This document shows, piece by piece, positions 46,517-56,915 of a stretch of DNA of 64,000 nt (position 1 is its first letter; every line of letters starts with the position of its first letter). The position numbers were made by a program, and so were the translations under genes. This DNA is from Gammaproteobacteria bacterium (lineage in GTDB: Bacteria > Pseudomonadota > Gammaproteobacteria > Ga0077536). The stretch is from the NCBI GenBank assembly GCA_040220855.1, contig JAVJVZ010000023.1:22102-86101 (forward strand). The letters are read 5' to 3'. The notes under the pieces are model-generated. The model was not told the DNA's origin. It ran no database searches and saw only the letters and a program-made list of their open reading frames with translations.

Positions 46517-47356
46517 ATGCAATACCGTCACATCGAAATCGAACCCGTCACGCCCGCCATCGGCGCCACGGTGCACGGCGTCGACATCGCCATGCCGCTG
46601 ACCGAGGACGTTCTCGACGAACTCCGCCACGCCTACCACGAGTACCTCGTGTTGTTCTTTCGCGATCAACGGCTCGATCCCGAGCGCCTGGTCGCGTTCG
46701 CCCGGTGTTTCGGCGAGATCGGCTACTACCCCTTCGTCGAGGGCATGGCCGGCCATCCGGAAGTGGTCGAGGTGGTCAAGAAAGAGGACGAGACGATCAA
46801 CTTCGGCGGCCTGTGGCACACCGACACCAGCTACCTGGAGCGGCCGCCGATGGGTTCGGTGCTGTATGCCGTGGAGGTGCCGAAGGTGGGCGGCGACACG
46901 CTGTTCGCGAACATGTACCTCGCCTTCGAATCACTCTCCCCCACGCTGCGCGCGCTGCTCGAAGGACTGCGCGGGGTCAACAGCGCCGAGAAGCCGGACG
47001 CCGCCGTGACCCGCACGCATCGTATTGCCGAGAAGCCGCGCGACGCCGCCGGCGTCGTCACCACCGCGGCCCACCCGATCGTACGCACCCACCCGGTCAC
47101 CGGCCGCAAGGCGCTCTACTGCAGCGACGCCCACACGACGCACATCGAGGGCATGACGGCAGCGGAGTCGCGCCCGCTGCTGCAGTACCTGTACGGCGTA
47201 CAGCAGCGCGAGGAGTTCGGCTGCCGCTTCCACTGGCAGCCCGGCTCGGTGGCGTTCTGGGACAATCGCTGCGCGCAGCACAACGCGCTGAACGACTATC
47301 ATGGCCACAGGCGCGTGATGCACCGGGTCACGCTGGAAGGCGAGGTGCCGGCCTGA
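46517..47356 (+). CDS. TauD/TfdA-family Fe(II)/2-oxoglutarate-dependent dioxygenase
   Basis: HTDTSY (His-x-Asp facial triad), distal His, R-x-x-x-R 2OG-binding. GGAGAG RBS. Confidence 0.8.
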   Translation: MQYRHIEIEPVTPAIGATVHGVDIAMPLTEDVLDELRHAYHEYLVLFFRDQRLDPERLVAFARCFGEIGYYPFVEGMAGHPEVVEVVKKEDETINFGGLWHTDTSYLERPPMGSVLYAVEVPKVGGDTLFANMYLAFESLSPTLRALLEGLRGVNSAEKPDAAVTRTHRIAEKPRDAAGVVTTAAHPIVRTHPVTGRKALYCSDAHTTHIEGMTAAESRPLLQYLYGVQQREEFGCRFHWQPGSVAFWDNRCAQHNALNDYHGHRRVMHRVTLEGEVPA

Positions 47357-47388
47357 TCGGCCGTACCACAACACGAGGGGACACGACC

Positions 47389-48069
47389 ATGAGCGAGCGA
47401 TTCTTCAGCGACGACGAACTGCGCGAGATGGGCAAACGCACCGTCGACCGGCTCACCGAGGCCATCGACGCCGGCGATGGCGAGCAGGCCAAGAAGATCG
47501 CCCGGCGCATGTACAACGAATTCCTCGGCATGCACGACCTCTACCGCAACTGGATCACCGCGACACTCAGCGAGGTCGCGCGCCGCTACGGCGACGCGGC
47601 GCTCGACGACGTCATGGTCGAGGGCGTGCGCGCCTGGTGGAAGCCGATCGTGGCGAGCCTGCCGAACGACCCGGAATCGATGCCGGCGCGGATCAAGATG
47701 TTCGCCGCCGGCCTGCAGGGTCACCTGCAACCGCTCGAGATCACCGAGGACGACGACAAGGTCGAAATCAAGATGTGCCCCTGTGGCAGCGGCGGCCGGC
47801 TGATCCAGGAAGGCAAGTACGAGGGCGAGGAAGCCTTCCACACCATCGCCGATCCGCAACCGCTGACCTACGGTCGCCCCGATTACCCCGTCTACTGCGC
47901 CCACGAATACGCCATGGAACGAGTCGATATCGAGGAGAATGGCCGGCCTTTCGTGGTGGTCGAGCCGGCAGCAAAGCTCGGACGCGATTACTGCTCGCTG
48001 ATCGTGTACAAGGACCCGGACAAGATTCCGGACAAGTACTACGAGCGCATCGGCCTCAAGAAACCCTGA
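47389..48069 (+). CDS. Hypothetical Cys-rich protein (226 aa) co-oriented with tauD
   Basis: Starts 33 nt after the tauD stop. KMCPCGSGG ... YCAHEY putative metal site. The N-terminal part of ORF 46213..48069 was rejected. Confidence 0.5.
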   Translation: MSERFFSDDELREMGKRTVDRLTEAIDAGDGEQAKKIARRMYNEFLGMHDLYRNWITATLSEVARRYGDAALDDVMVEGVRAWWKPIVASLPNDPESMPARIKMFAAGLQGHLQPLEITEDDDKVEIKMCPCGSGGRLIQEGKYEGEEAFHTIADPQPLTYGRPDYPVYCAHEYAMERVDIEENGRPFVVVEPAAKLGRDYCSLIVYKDPDKIPDKYYERIGLKKP

Positions 48070-48081
48070 GCGACGAGCCTC

Positions 48082-48678
48082 TCAGGGCTCGACGGCGAGT
48101 TCACGCTCGACGATGTCGGCAAAGCTCTGCAAGACACGCAGGGTCAGACCCCAGATGACGTGCTCGCCGTAGCGGATGCCCGGCCACCAGCCAGCGCCGC
48201 TGCCGGGAGGGTATTCGAGTTCGGTGGCGGCACGCGGGTCGAACAGGTGTGCGAGCGGCACCCAGAACACGCTCGCCACCTCGTGCGGCTGGCGCGCGTG
48301 GGCCTGCGCGCGCACGTAATCGTCGACATGGTAGACGAATGGCGACAGGGTCAGCCCGCCACGTACGTCGGGCCGGATCGGCAACGGCCCGACGCGATGA
48401 TGGGAACCGAGCTCGAGGCCGATTTCTTCGCGCGTTTCGCGTTCCGCCACGGCATGGGCATCACGATCATGGATGCCGGCACGGCCGCCCGGCAGGGCGA
48501 CCTGACCGCTCCAGGGATCGCCGCGCCGCTCGGCACGACGGATGAAGCAGACATCGAGGCCTTCATCACCATCGGCGAGAATCATGGCGACCGCAGCGTG
48601 GCTGGGCGCGGGACGGAAAGCGGCGGGGACGTGGTCGCGCGCGACGAGGGCGGCGCGGATGTCGGCAAGGGTCAGCAC
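48082..48678 (-). CDS. NUDIX hydrolase, CoA pyrophosphatase (NudL-like)
   Basis: NUDIX box GGRAGIHDRDAHAVAERETREEIGL. The start is uncertain: a GTG at 48678 was chosen so that N-terminal length matches NudL and to avoid overlapping the divergent thioesterase. Confidence 0.6.
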   Translation of the reverse strand: MLTLADIRAALVARDHVPAAFRPAPSHAAVAMILADGDEGLDVCFIRRAERRGDPWSGQVALPGGRAGIHDRDAHAVAERETREEIGLELGSHHRVGPLPIRPDVRGGLTLSPFVYHVDDYVRAQAHARQPHEVASVFWVPLAHLFDPRAATELEYPPGSGAGWWPGIRYGEHVIWGLTLRVLQSFADIVERELAVEP

Positions 48679-48820
48679 CGCGCAAGCGTCGCCGGAACGC
48701 CGCGATCCGTCAAGCGGGCCAGGGCGTTGATGACCTTGCCACGCCGCGCGACCGCGCGGACATGCCCCTACCGGCAATGACCGCCCTGAATCTGCAATGA
48801 CCAGAGGAGGATCCCAACCC

Positions 48821-49237
48821 ATGCCATTTCGTCACCAGATCCGCGTCCGCTACGGCGAGTGCGATCAACAGGGCGTCGCTTTCAATGCGCACTACATGGC
48901 CTGGATGGACGATGCCACCGAGGTCTGGACACGCGGCCTGGTTCCCGGCGGCGACTACCGGACACTGGGGTGGGAATGGATGGTGGTGCGCGCGACGGTC
49001 GAATGGCAGTCCTCGGCGCGCAACGCCGATCTGCTCGACATCGATGTCGGCATCGTGCGCTACGGGCGCAGTTCGTTCGACTTCGGCTTTCGCGGCAGCA
49101 TTGCCGGTCGCGCGGTGTTCACCGGGCGCACGGTATGTGTGAGCGTCGCCCCGGTGACGCTCGCCAAGATGGATACCCCGGCACGCGTGCGCGAGCTGCT
49201 CGGCGCGCCGCTCGACTGGGCGGACGTACCCGCCTGA
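48821..49237 (+). CDS. Acyl-CoA thioesterase (4HBT/YbgC-like hotdog fold)
   Basis: IRVRYGECDQQGVAFNAHYMAWMD hotdog catalytic region. 138 aa. Confidence 0.75.
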   Translation: MPFRHQIRVRYGECDQQGVAFNAHYMAWMDDATEVWTRGLVPGGDYRTLGWEWMVVRATVEWQSSARNADLLDIDVGIVRYGRSSFDFGFRGSIAGRAVFTGRTVCVSVAPVTLAKMDTPARVRELLGAPLDWADVPA

Positions 49238-49381
49238 GCGCGGCGACGCCCGGCGATCCGGCGATGACCCGGCGGCGCGTGGCCGGCGCTGCGTGCCGCG
49301 CGCCGCGCTTCGAGGCCGAGCCGACGCCGCGCGCGGCCCGCTAATGGGCGCAGCAGCTGCGCCGGGCCGGCACGTGCGCAC

Positions 49382-50938
49382 TCAGACGATGCGCGAGTTC
49401 TTCTCGCCCCAATAACGGTCGCGCAGGAGGCGCTTGTACAGTTTGCCGGTGGGCAGGCGCGGCAGCTCGTCCTCGAAGTCGATGCTGCGCGGGCACTTGA
49501 TGTGCGAGAGATGCTCGCGGCAGAAACCGATCAGCTCCTGTTCGAGGGCCGCTCCGGGCACTTCGCCGGGCATTGCCTGCACGACCGCCTTGACCTCTTC
49601 ACCGAGATCCTCGTTCGGCACACCGAACACCGCCGCGTCGGCGACCTTGGGGTGCGTGATGAGGAGATTCTCGCACTCCTGCGGGTAGATGTTCACGCCG
49701 CCGGAGATGATCATGAAGGTCTTGCGGTCGGTCAGGTAGAGATAGCCCTCGTCATCGACGTAACCAACGTCGTTGACGGTGCTCATGGTGCCATCGGCGG
49801 AACGCGACTCGGTGGTCTTCGCCGGGTCGTTGTAATACTCGAACGGTGTCGCTGTCTTGAACCACAACGTGCCCGGCTCACCGGTCGGCACCGGCTGCAT
49901 GGCGTCGTCGAGCACGTGCAGCTCACCGAGCATGACCTTGCCCACGGTGCCCGGGTGCGCGAGCCATTCCTCGGCGTTGCAGTAGGCGAAGCCAAGGCCC
50001 TCGGTGGCGCCGTAGTACTCGTGGATGATCGGTCCCCACCAGTCGATCATCGCCTGCTTGACCTGTACCGGGCACGGAGCGGCGGCATGCACCACGTACT
50101 CGAGCGAGCTGACGTCGTAATGCGCGCGCACCTCTTCCGGCAGCTTCAGCATACGGCTGAACATGGTCGGAACCAGCTGGCTGTGGCTGATGCGGTAGCG
50201 CTCGATCAATGCGAGATACTGCTCCGGGTCGAACTTCTCCATGATGATGCAGGTGCCACCCTTGCGGATGGTCAGGCTTACCGCCGCATTCGGTGCCGAG
50301 TGGTAGAGCGGCGCCGGCGAGAGGTACACCATGCCCTCGCGGTATTGCCACAGCTCGGTGAGGAACTGGTAGAGCGCCAGCGGCTCGCTCGGCGGCTGGT
50401 CGGGCAAGGGACGCAGGATGCCCTTGGGTCGACCGGTCGTGCCGGAGGAGTACAACATGGCCGTGCCGAGCCACTCGTCGGCAATGGGCGTCGCCGGGAA
50501 CGGCGCCGTGGCCGCAGCGAAATCGCTCACGCGCGGGTCTGCGTCGTGCTCGCCGCCATCGACGACCAGCACCTTGACCACCTGCGGACACTGCGCGACC
50601 GCAGCGAGTGCGACCTCGCGTTTCGCCGCCGAGGTGATCAGCACGCGCGAATCCGAATCGTTGACGATGAAAGCGACTTCGTCGGCGGTCAGGTACGAAT
50701 TGATGCAGGTGTAGTAGAGCCCCGCGCGCGAACCGGCGCCGCAGGCTTCGCAGTAGCGCGCGTTGTTCTCCATGAAAATGGCGTAATGATCGCGGTGCGC
50801 GAGGCCGCAATCGCGCAGCAGGTGCGCGAGGCGGTTGGTGCGCGCTTCGTACTCACCGTAGGTCACCACCTCGCCGGAGCCGGCCATGATGAAACACGGC
50901 TGGTCGGCCTTTTCGATCGCATGCTTGCCCGGGTACAC
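49382..50938 (-). CDS. AMP-dependent acyl-CoA synthetase/ligase
   Basis: YSSGTTGRPKG motif, C-terminal ...PTGKLYKRLLRD. 518 aa. Confidence 0.85.
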   Translation of the reverse strand: MYPGKHAIEKADQPCFIMAGSGEVVTYGEYEARTNRLAHLLRDCGLAHRDHYAIFMENNARYCEACGAGSRAGLYYTCINSYLTADEVAFIVNDSDSRVLITSAAKREVALAAVAQCPQVVKVLVVDGGEHDADPRVSDFAAATAPFPATPIADEWLGTAMLYSSGTTGRPKGILRPLPDQPPSEPLALYQFLTELWQYREGMVYLSPAPLYHSAPNAAVSLTIRKGGTCIIMEKFDPEQYLALIERYRISHSQLVPTMFSRMLKLPEEVRAHYDVSSLEYVVHAAAPCPVQVKQAMIDWWGPIIHEYYGATEGLGFAYCNAEEWLAHPGTVGKVMLGELHVLDDAMQPVPTGEPGTLWFKTATPFEYYNDPAKTTESRSADGTMSTVNDVGYVDDEGYLYLTDRKTFMIISGGVNIYPQECENLLITHPKVADAAVFGVPNEDLGEEVKAVVQAMPGEVPGAALEQELIGFCREHLSHIKCPRSIDFEDELPRLPTGKLYKRLLRDRYWGEKNSRIV

Positions 50939-51036
50939 CGTCTGCTCCCCTTGTTCACAGTGGACCGACAGTATACGGAAGCGGGCGACCGCCCGGCCTG
51001 CGCAACGTCGACGCAGCGCAGGCCGTCATGCCGCCG

Positions 51037-51906
51037 TCAGGCGGCGGCCTGCGAGCGACGCTCGATGTCCTCCAGCACGGGCAGAAGGTAGGTCTTGAAC
51101 TGGCCCGGGTCCTCCGACATCGGGAAATGCCCCATGCCGGCCATCAACGTGTACTGCGCGCCCGGGACAGCGTCGGCCAGCGCCCGGCAGGCCTCGGGAT
51201 AGGCCGACCAGTCGTAGTCGCCGCTCATGACGTAGAGCATGCACTGCGCGGTGTCGATGAGGTGGGCGGTGTCGCGCAGGTCGTGCTCGGCGCCGTAGTA
51301 ATTGAGATCGCCGGAAAACACCGGCGGTGCACCCTGGCTGTAGGTCCACACGGTCTCGCGCACGCTCGCCTCGGGCGCGTGCGGCGAGCAGAGCGACAAC
51401 ATCATCGCCGGCTTGGCGTCATTCGAGAGGCGCGGATGGCGCCACCACTGCTTCCACACACGGTCGAAGTCGCCGCTCCACATCGACGCCTCGAGACCGA
51501 TGCAGGCACGAAAATGCGCCGCGTGGTGCAACGCCAGGTCGGCCGCGAGATGCCCGCCCATGGAGCAGCCCATGAACACCGGCTGGTCGAGCTCGAGCGC
51601 TTCGACGAGACGCACCCAGAACGTCATGAACCAGTGCTTGGTGAGCTTGTACTCTTCCTCCCAGTAACGCTTTGCCGCCGGCGGCAGGGACTTGCCGTGG
51701 TAGGGAAGGTCCACCGCAATGACACGGAAGCGTTCGGTAATCGCGCGGTCCTCGAGCAGGTGACGATACTGGCGGCCGTCCGAGCCGGCGGTGTGCTGGC
51801 AGACCAGCGGGATGCCGCTGCCGGCCTCTTCGAGGTAGACGCGGTACTCCGTACCCTCGACGTCGAGGTAGAGATACCGCCCGGTGATATCGGAAAAGCG
51901 AGCCAT
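51037..51906 (-). CDS. Alpha/beta-fold hydrolase
   Basis: Nucleophile elbow GCSMGG. 289 aa. Confidence 0.75.
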   Translation of the reverse strand: MARFSDITGRYLYLDVEGTEYRVYLEEAGSGIPLVCQHTAGSDGRQYRHLLEDRAITERFRVIAVDLPYHGKSLPPAAKRYWEEEYKLTKHWFMTFWVRLVEALELDQPVFMGCSMGGHLAADLALHHAAHFRACIGLEASMWSGDFDRVWKQWWRHPRLSNDAKPAMMLSLCSPHAPEASVRETVWTYSQGAPPVFSGDLNYYGAEHDLRDTAHLIDTAQCMLYVMSGDYDWSAYPEACRALADAVPGAQYTLMAGMGHFPMSEDPGQFKTYLLPVLEDIERRSQAAA

Positions 51907-51918
51907 GGATACCTCCCC

Positions 51919-52320
51919 TCAGGCCGCGCTGGCGAGCGCCCGTACGCTCTCGCCCATGATGGCGTGGATGCGGCGGATGGCGAAGTAGTAGGCGTAAGCC
52001 GACTCGAGATCACCGCCGAGTTCGAAGCTGTGATGGAACGAAGCCGCGAACCAGTCGTGGTAGAACGGCTGCGGCTTCTCCACCAGCATCTGTTCCCACA
52101 CCTCGACCGGCCCGCCGATGTTGATGGTGTACGGGTCGAAGCCCTGCGTGCCGTGCTCGAAGCTCGTCACGCGGCCGTTCTCGACGTGCATGAAGTAGAG
52201 GTCTTCGCCGACCACGAAGCGCAGGTCGCAGTACCACCAGCGCGCCGCGAGCAGGAACTCGGGATCGTGGTTGAGACGCTCGCGGATGTCGTCGGCGGGC
52301 AGGATCAAGGTGCCACTCAT
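51919..52320 (-). CDS. Hypothetical protein (133 aa)
   Basis: Clean ORF 12 nt downstream of the hydrolase gene. No family recognised. Confidence 0.45.
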   Translation of the reverse strand: MSGTLILPADDIRERLNHDPEFLLAARWWYCDLRFVVGEDLYFMHVENGRVTSFEHGTQGFDPYTINIGGPVEVWEQMLVEKPQPFYHDWFAASFHHSFELGGDLESAYAYYFAIRRIHAIMGESVRALASAA

Positions 52321-52379
52321 GTCGTTTCCTCGCAGGTCACCGGCGTACGGCCGACCGGGCCGGCCGCCGGCGCGGGGGT

Positions 52380-53027
52380 TCAGCCCTTCTGGGCCTGGAA
52401 GGCGGTCAGCGCGGCCTGCTGGTCGGCCATCACGCGAGCGCCGGCGGGGCGCGCGTTGGTCGCCTCGATGGCACCTGCCAGCCCCTGCACCTCGGCGACG
52501 ATGTCCCAGCCATAGACCGCCTGGCAGACCGGTGCGGCATAGATGAACGTGTGCACGGCGACGATGTCGGCCTGGCTGAAATCACCACAGACGAATGGCG
52601 CGAACCTGCCGAGCTGGCGCAGCGCGCGCAGTCCGTTCTCGATCACCGGCTTGGCCTCGGTGACGGCCGTTTCGTTACGCTTCTCGCCGAAGAAGATCTC
52701 GGCGTAGTGGCGCCGCGCGGGCAGCTCCACGTAGAGTTCGAGAACCTTGGCCACTTCGCGTACCTTGGCCGCGGCGAAAGCATCGGCCGGTAGCAGCGGC
52801 GGGCTCGGCTGCACCGCCTCGAGGTAGTCGAGCATGACGCTGGTCTCGGACAGGAAGCCCTGCGGCGTCTCCATGCACGGCACCTTGCCCATCGGGCTCT
52901 TGGCCTTGAAGTCGTCCTCCTGGCTCGGCATGGCCTGGACTTCCTCGAATGCCAGGCCCTTCTCGAGCAGTGCGAACTTGACCATGTTGTAGTAATTGCT
53001 GACCGCAAAGCCGTGCAGCTTGATCAT
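52380..53027 (-). CDS. Glutathione S-transferase
   Basis: N-terminal thioredoxin-like GST domain (MIKLHGFAVSNYYNMVKFALLEKGL...) and a C-terminal helical domain. Confidence 0.85.
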   Translation of the reverse strand: MIKLHGFAVSNYYNMVKFALLEKGLAFEEVQAMPSQEDDFKAKSPMGKVPCMETPQGFLSETSVMLDYLEAVQPSPPLLPADAFAAAKVREVAKVLELYVELPARRHYAEIFFGEKRNETAVTEAKPVIENGLRALRQLGRFAPFVCGDFSQADIVAVHTFIYAAPVCQAVYGWDIVAEVQGLAGAIEATNARPAGARVMADQQAALTAFQAQKG

Positions 53028-53194
53028 GACTCGTGACCTCCACTCGTTGAACGGAAAGCGCGCGCGGCGCCAGGCACGCCGTCTCTTCTAGCAGCGCACT
53101 GCGCGTTGCGCAGTGCGCTTTGCCACCGAGGTGCGGCGCGCCACGCCATTCTCACCAATCGCGCGCGTCGCGAACAGCACCGCGCAAGCCCGGT

Positions 53195-54406
53195 TCAGGC
53201 GCTCGGCTCACCGAGATCCTGCGCACGCGAGATACCGAACTGCTCGAACACCTCCGCGGAGTGCTCCCCCAGGGCCGGCCCGGCATGGCGCACGCGCCCG
53301 GGCGTCGCCGAGAAATGCACCGGCACACCGGCAAGTGCCGCACGCGTGCCGAGGCCCGGCAGCTCGACTTCGGGCAGCATGTCACGCGCCGCGGCGTGCG
53401 GATCGCCGACGATGTCGGTGATGTCGTTGACCGGTCCCGCCGGGACACGTCCGCCCAGCAGCTCGGTGAGTTCCTGCTTGGTGCGCGAAGCGCTCCACGC
53501 GGTGATGATGGCGCGCAGCTCGGTGGCGTTGTTCACGCGCAGCTCGTTGCTGGCAAAGCGCGCATCGGCGGCGAGCTCGTCGCGCCCCATCACCGCGACG
53601 AGTTCGCGCCAGTGCCAGTCGGTCGGGCAGCCGATCGCCATCCAGCCGTCCGCCGCGGCGTAGATCGAGAACGGCGCGACCAGCGGGTGGTCGTTGCCCT
53701 CGGGCTTCGACACCGCGCCACCGAAGCTGTAGCGATAGACGTTGCGCTCGCACAGCGCAATCATCGCGTCGACCATGCCGACGTCGACGAACTGCCCCTC
53801 GCCGGTGAGTTCCGCATGGCGAACCGCGGCAACGACGCCGAAGGCGCACATCAGCCCGGGCACGAGATCGCCGACGCCCGGCCCGGCTTTCATCGGCTCG
53901 CCGGGCGGACCGGTCATGGCCATGAAGCCCGACATCGCCTGGGCGACGATGTCGAAAGCCGGCCAGTCGGCATAAGGGCTGGCGCCGCTGCGTCGATCGC
54001 CGAAGCCGCGGATGGTAGCGTAGACCAGCTTCGGATTGATGCCCTTCAACGTCTCGTAGCCGAGACCAAGGCGTTCCATCACGCCCTGGCGGTAGTTCTC
54101 CACCACGACGTCGGCTTCCGCCGCGAGCGCAAGGAAGGCGTCACGGTCGTCGGCGTTCTTGAGATCGAGCACCACGCTGCGCTTGTTGCGGTTGATGCTG
54201 TGGAAGTAACCGCCGTGCTGGCGCGCCGTGTCCTGCGGGAGATAGGGCCCCATGCCTCGCGACATGTCACCGGCAGGCGGCTCGATCTTGATCACGTCGG
54301 CACCGTGGTCGGCGAGAATCATGGTGCAGAAAGGGCCGGCCAGCATCTGCGTGAGATCGAGCACGACCACGCCCTCGAGGGCACCGTTGGTGTCGAGCGC
54401 GCTCAT
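53195..54406 (-). CDS. CaiB/BaiF family III CoA-transferase
   Basis: VVVLDLTQMLAGPFCTMILADHGADVIKIE. Start re-picked at MSALDTNG. Overlaps the ACAD stop by 4 nt. Confidence 0.85.
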   Translation of the reverse strand: MSALDTNGALEGVVVLDLTQMLAGPFCTMILADHGADVIKIEPPAGDMSRGMGPYLPQDTARQHGGYFHSINRNKRSVVLDLKNADDRDAFLALAAEADVVVENYRQGVMERLGLGYETLKGINPKLVYATIRGFGDRRSGASPYADWPAFDIVAQAMSGFMAMTGPPGEPMKAGPGVGDLVPGLMCAFGVVAAVRHAELTGEGQFVDVGMVDAMIALCERNVYRYSFGGAVSKPEGNDHPLVAPFSIYAAADGWMAIGCPTDWHWRELVAVMGRDELAADARFASNELRVNNATELRAIITAWSASRTKQELTELLGGRVPAGPVNDITDIVGDPHAAARDMLPEVELPGLGTRAALAGVPVHFSATPGRVRHAGPALGEHSAEVFEQFGISRAQDLGEPSA

Positions 54407-55578
54407 CGCCCGGCCTTGCCCAGCAGGTGGTCGGAGACGATCCGCAGCTGGATCTCGGAGGTGCCCTCGAAGATCTTGGTCAAGCGCGCATCGCGCCAGT
54501 GGCGCTCGACGGCATGCAGGCGCGTATAGCCGGCGCCGCCGAGGATCTGCAAGGCATCGGAGGTGACCCGCTCGGCCATTTCGGAAGCGAAGTACTTGAC
54601 CATGGAAGCCTCCTTGTCGCAACGCACGCCGGTGTCGATGCGATCGCAGACGTAATACAGGAGCTGCCGCGCGGCTTCGATGTCGGTCGCCATGCGCGCC
54701 AGCTTGAAGCGAAGGTCCTGAAACTCGGCGATGGGACGGCCGAACTGCATGCGCTCCTGCGCGTAGGCCGTCGCATCCTCGAGCGCGCCCTGGGCGAGTC
54801 CGATGGCGCGCGCCGCGGTGTGCGCGCGCGCCTCGTCGAGCCCCTTGGCGAGCGCGTAGAAAGCACACCCCGGCTCACCGATCAGCGCACTGGCCGGCAG
54901 GCGCAGGCCGTCGAAGGCGAGCTCCCAGGTCTTCCAGCCGAAGTAGCCAATCTTGGGGATTGGCGAGCCGTGGCAGGCGGGCGGTAACTCGCCGCGCGGC
55001 TTGTCGATGAGAAAGGCGCTGATGCCGAGATGGCGGCGCTTCGCATCCGGCGGCTCGGCAGTACGCGCAAACAGCACGATGTAGTCGGCGCCGTCGGCAA
55101 AGGTGCACCAGTACTTGGAGCCGGTAATCACCCAGTCGTCGCCATCCGCCACCGCGCGGCAGGATATTGAAGCGAGATCCGAACCGGTGTCCGGCTCGGA
55201 GAGCGACATCGCGCCGAGGTAATCGCCGCTGACCACGCGCGGCAGCATCACCGCCTTCTGCGCATCGCTCAGCAGGTCCATCGTGAGAGTGCCGTTACCG
55301 CGCGCGATGATCGAGGCCACGCTCATCCAGCCGCGCGCGAGCTGTTCGGCGACGAGGCAATACTCGAAGCAGCCAAGACCACTGCCGCCGTACTCTTCGG
55401 GAATACGGATACCGAAGTAGCCCATGTCGGCGAGCTTGGCGCGCAGATCGAGCGGAATCTCGCCCTCGACCGGGTCGAGCGCGTTGGCGACCGGCAGCAC
55501 TTCGTTGAGGGTGAACTCGCGCGCGGTGTCGCGAATCATCAGGCGTTCTGCGCTGAGCAGCCCGTCGGCGGCGTTCAT
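54403..55578 (-). CDS. Acyl-CoA dehydrogenase
   Basis: ACAD N, middle beta and C-terminal helical domains (YLGAMSLSEPDTGSD, catalytic region ...EGTSEIQ). Confidence 0.85.
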   Translation of the reverse strand: MNAADGLLSAERLMIRDTAREFTLNEVLPVANALDPVEGEIPLDLRAKLADMGYFGIRIPEEYGGSGLGCFEYCLVAEQLARGWMSVASIIARGNGTLTMDLLSDAQKAVMLPRVVSGDYLGAMSLSEPDTGSDLASISCRAVADGDDWVITGSKYWCTFADGADYIVLFARTAEPPDAKRRHLGISAFLIDKPRGELPPACHGSPIPKIGYFGWKTWELAFDGLRLPASALIGEPGCAFYALAKGLDEARAHTAARAIGLAQGALEDATAYAQERMQFGRPIAEFQDLRFKLARMATDIEAARQLLYYVCDRIDTGVRCDKEASMVKYFASEMAERVTSDALQILGGAGYTRLHAVERHWRDARLTKIFEGTSEIQLRIVSDHLLGKAGR

Positions 55579-55624
55579 CGCTGGCTCCTTCGCGGGAAGC
55601 GGCGGCGCCACGGCCGCCGTGGGG

Positions 55625-56845
55625 TCACACCTCGCCGCTCAGCAACACGCCGGCCGCGGTCAACGCGGCGATGTCGTCGGCGCTGCGCCCGAGCAGGTCG
55701 CCGAGAACCGCGGCATTGTGCTGGCCGAGCGTCGGCGCCTCGTACGGCGCGTCGGCGGGGTAGTCCGAGGTCTTGATCGGCATGCCCGGGACCTTGAATT
55801 CGCCGACGATCGGGTCGGTGATCGAACGCACCGTGCCACGCTGCACCAGATGCGGGTGGGTCACGGTCTCGGCGACCGTGAGCACCGGCGCGCACGGTAC
55901 GCCGTGCGCCTCGAGCGTCGCGATCGCCGCGTCGATGTCGGCGAAGCCGCCAAGCCACGCTTCGATCAGCGCGATGACCTCGTCGAGCCGCGCGAGGCGC
56001 TCTGCATCGGTGCTCCAGCCGGGTGCGTCGACGAGGTCGTCGCGGCCCATCGCCGCGCAGAGATCCTTCCAGTGGTGCAGGAAGGCCATCAGCATGACGT
56101 CGCCGCCGTTGCCGCGGTAGACGCCGGCCGGGCACACGTAGCCCATGTGGCGGCCGTTGCGCATTGGCACCAGCGCGCCGTCGGAGCCGCTGTACTGGTG
56201 CACGTTGACCTCGTGGTAATGGTAGTAGCAGTCGAGCAACGCGATATCGAGGTGCTGGCCGCGCCCGGTGCGGTCGCGGTGCAGCAGCGCGGCGGCGATG
56301 GCGAAGGCGCCGTGCACGCCGGTGGAGACGTCACCGATGCCGAGCAACGGGATGTAGGGCGGCTCGTCGCGCTCGCCGATCATCGAGGTGACGCCGGCGT
56401 AGGCCTGGGCGATGAAGTCGTAACCGGGCTTGGCCGCCAGCGGGCCCTTCTGCCCGAGCGCCGAGATCGAGCACAGGATCACATCTCCGCGCAGCGCCTT
56501 GAGGGACTCGTAGTCGAGTCCCATCGACTTCATGACGCCCGGGCGGAAGTTCTCCACCACCACGTCGCAGTGCGGTACGAGCTCGCGCACCAGCGCCATG
56601 CCCTCGGGCTTGCGCAGGTCGATGCACACGCTCTTCTTGTTGAGGTTCTGCTGCACGTAGTACAGGCTGCGCTCACCGCGGATCTTGGAGACGGCCCGGG
56701 TGAGGTCGCCCGCCGGCGCGGCCTCGACCTTGATCACGTCGGCGCCCATCTCGGCGAACATGCGCGTACACGAGGGGCCGGCGAGCGCGCGGGTGAAGTC
56801 GAGGACGCGGATGCCGGTGAGGAGATGTTCGTTGGGGATACTCAT
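55625..56845 (-). CDS. CaiB/BaiF family III CoA-transferase
   Basis: IRVLDFTRALAGPSCTRMFAEMGADVIKVE. Start re-picked at MSIPNEHL. Confidence 0.85.
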   Translation of the reverse strand: MSIPNEHLLTGIRVLDFTRALAGPSCTRMFAEMGADVIKVEAAPAGDLTRAVSKIRGERSLYYVQQNLNKKSVCIDLRKPEGMALVRELVPHCDVVVENFRPGVMKSMGLDYESLKALRGDVILCSISALGQKGPLAAKPGYDFIAQAYAGVTSMIGERDEPPYIPLLGIGDVSTGVHGAFAIAAALLHRDRTGRGQHLDIALLDCYYHYHEVNVHQYSGSDGALVPMRNGRHMGYVCPAGVYRGNGGDVMLMAFLHHWKDLCAAMGRDDLVDAPGWSTDAERLARLDEVIALIEAWLGGFADIDAAIATLEAHGVPCAPVLTVAETVTHPHLVQRGTVRSITDPIVGEFKVPGMPIKTSDYPADAPYEAPTLGQHNAAVLGDLLGRSADDIAALTAAGVLLSGEV

Positions 56846-56915
56846 GGTGCGCCCGAGTATATGCCAAGCGGGCGTGCGCGGATAAATCCCCGCTCCGCCT
56901 CGCGGCGGGATGCCG

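Noticed and set aside
46213-47388. The 5' two-thirds of the 618-aa ORF 46213..48069
   Set aside because: Same strand but a different frame from tauD. Only the last 226 codons, from the ATG at 47389, form a plausible stand-alone gene.
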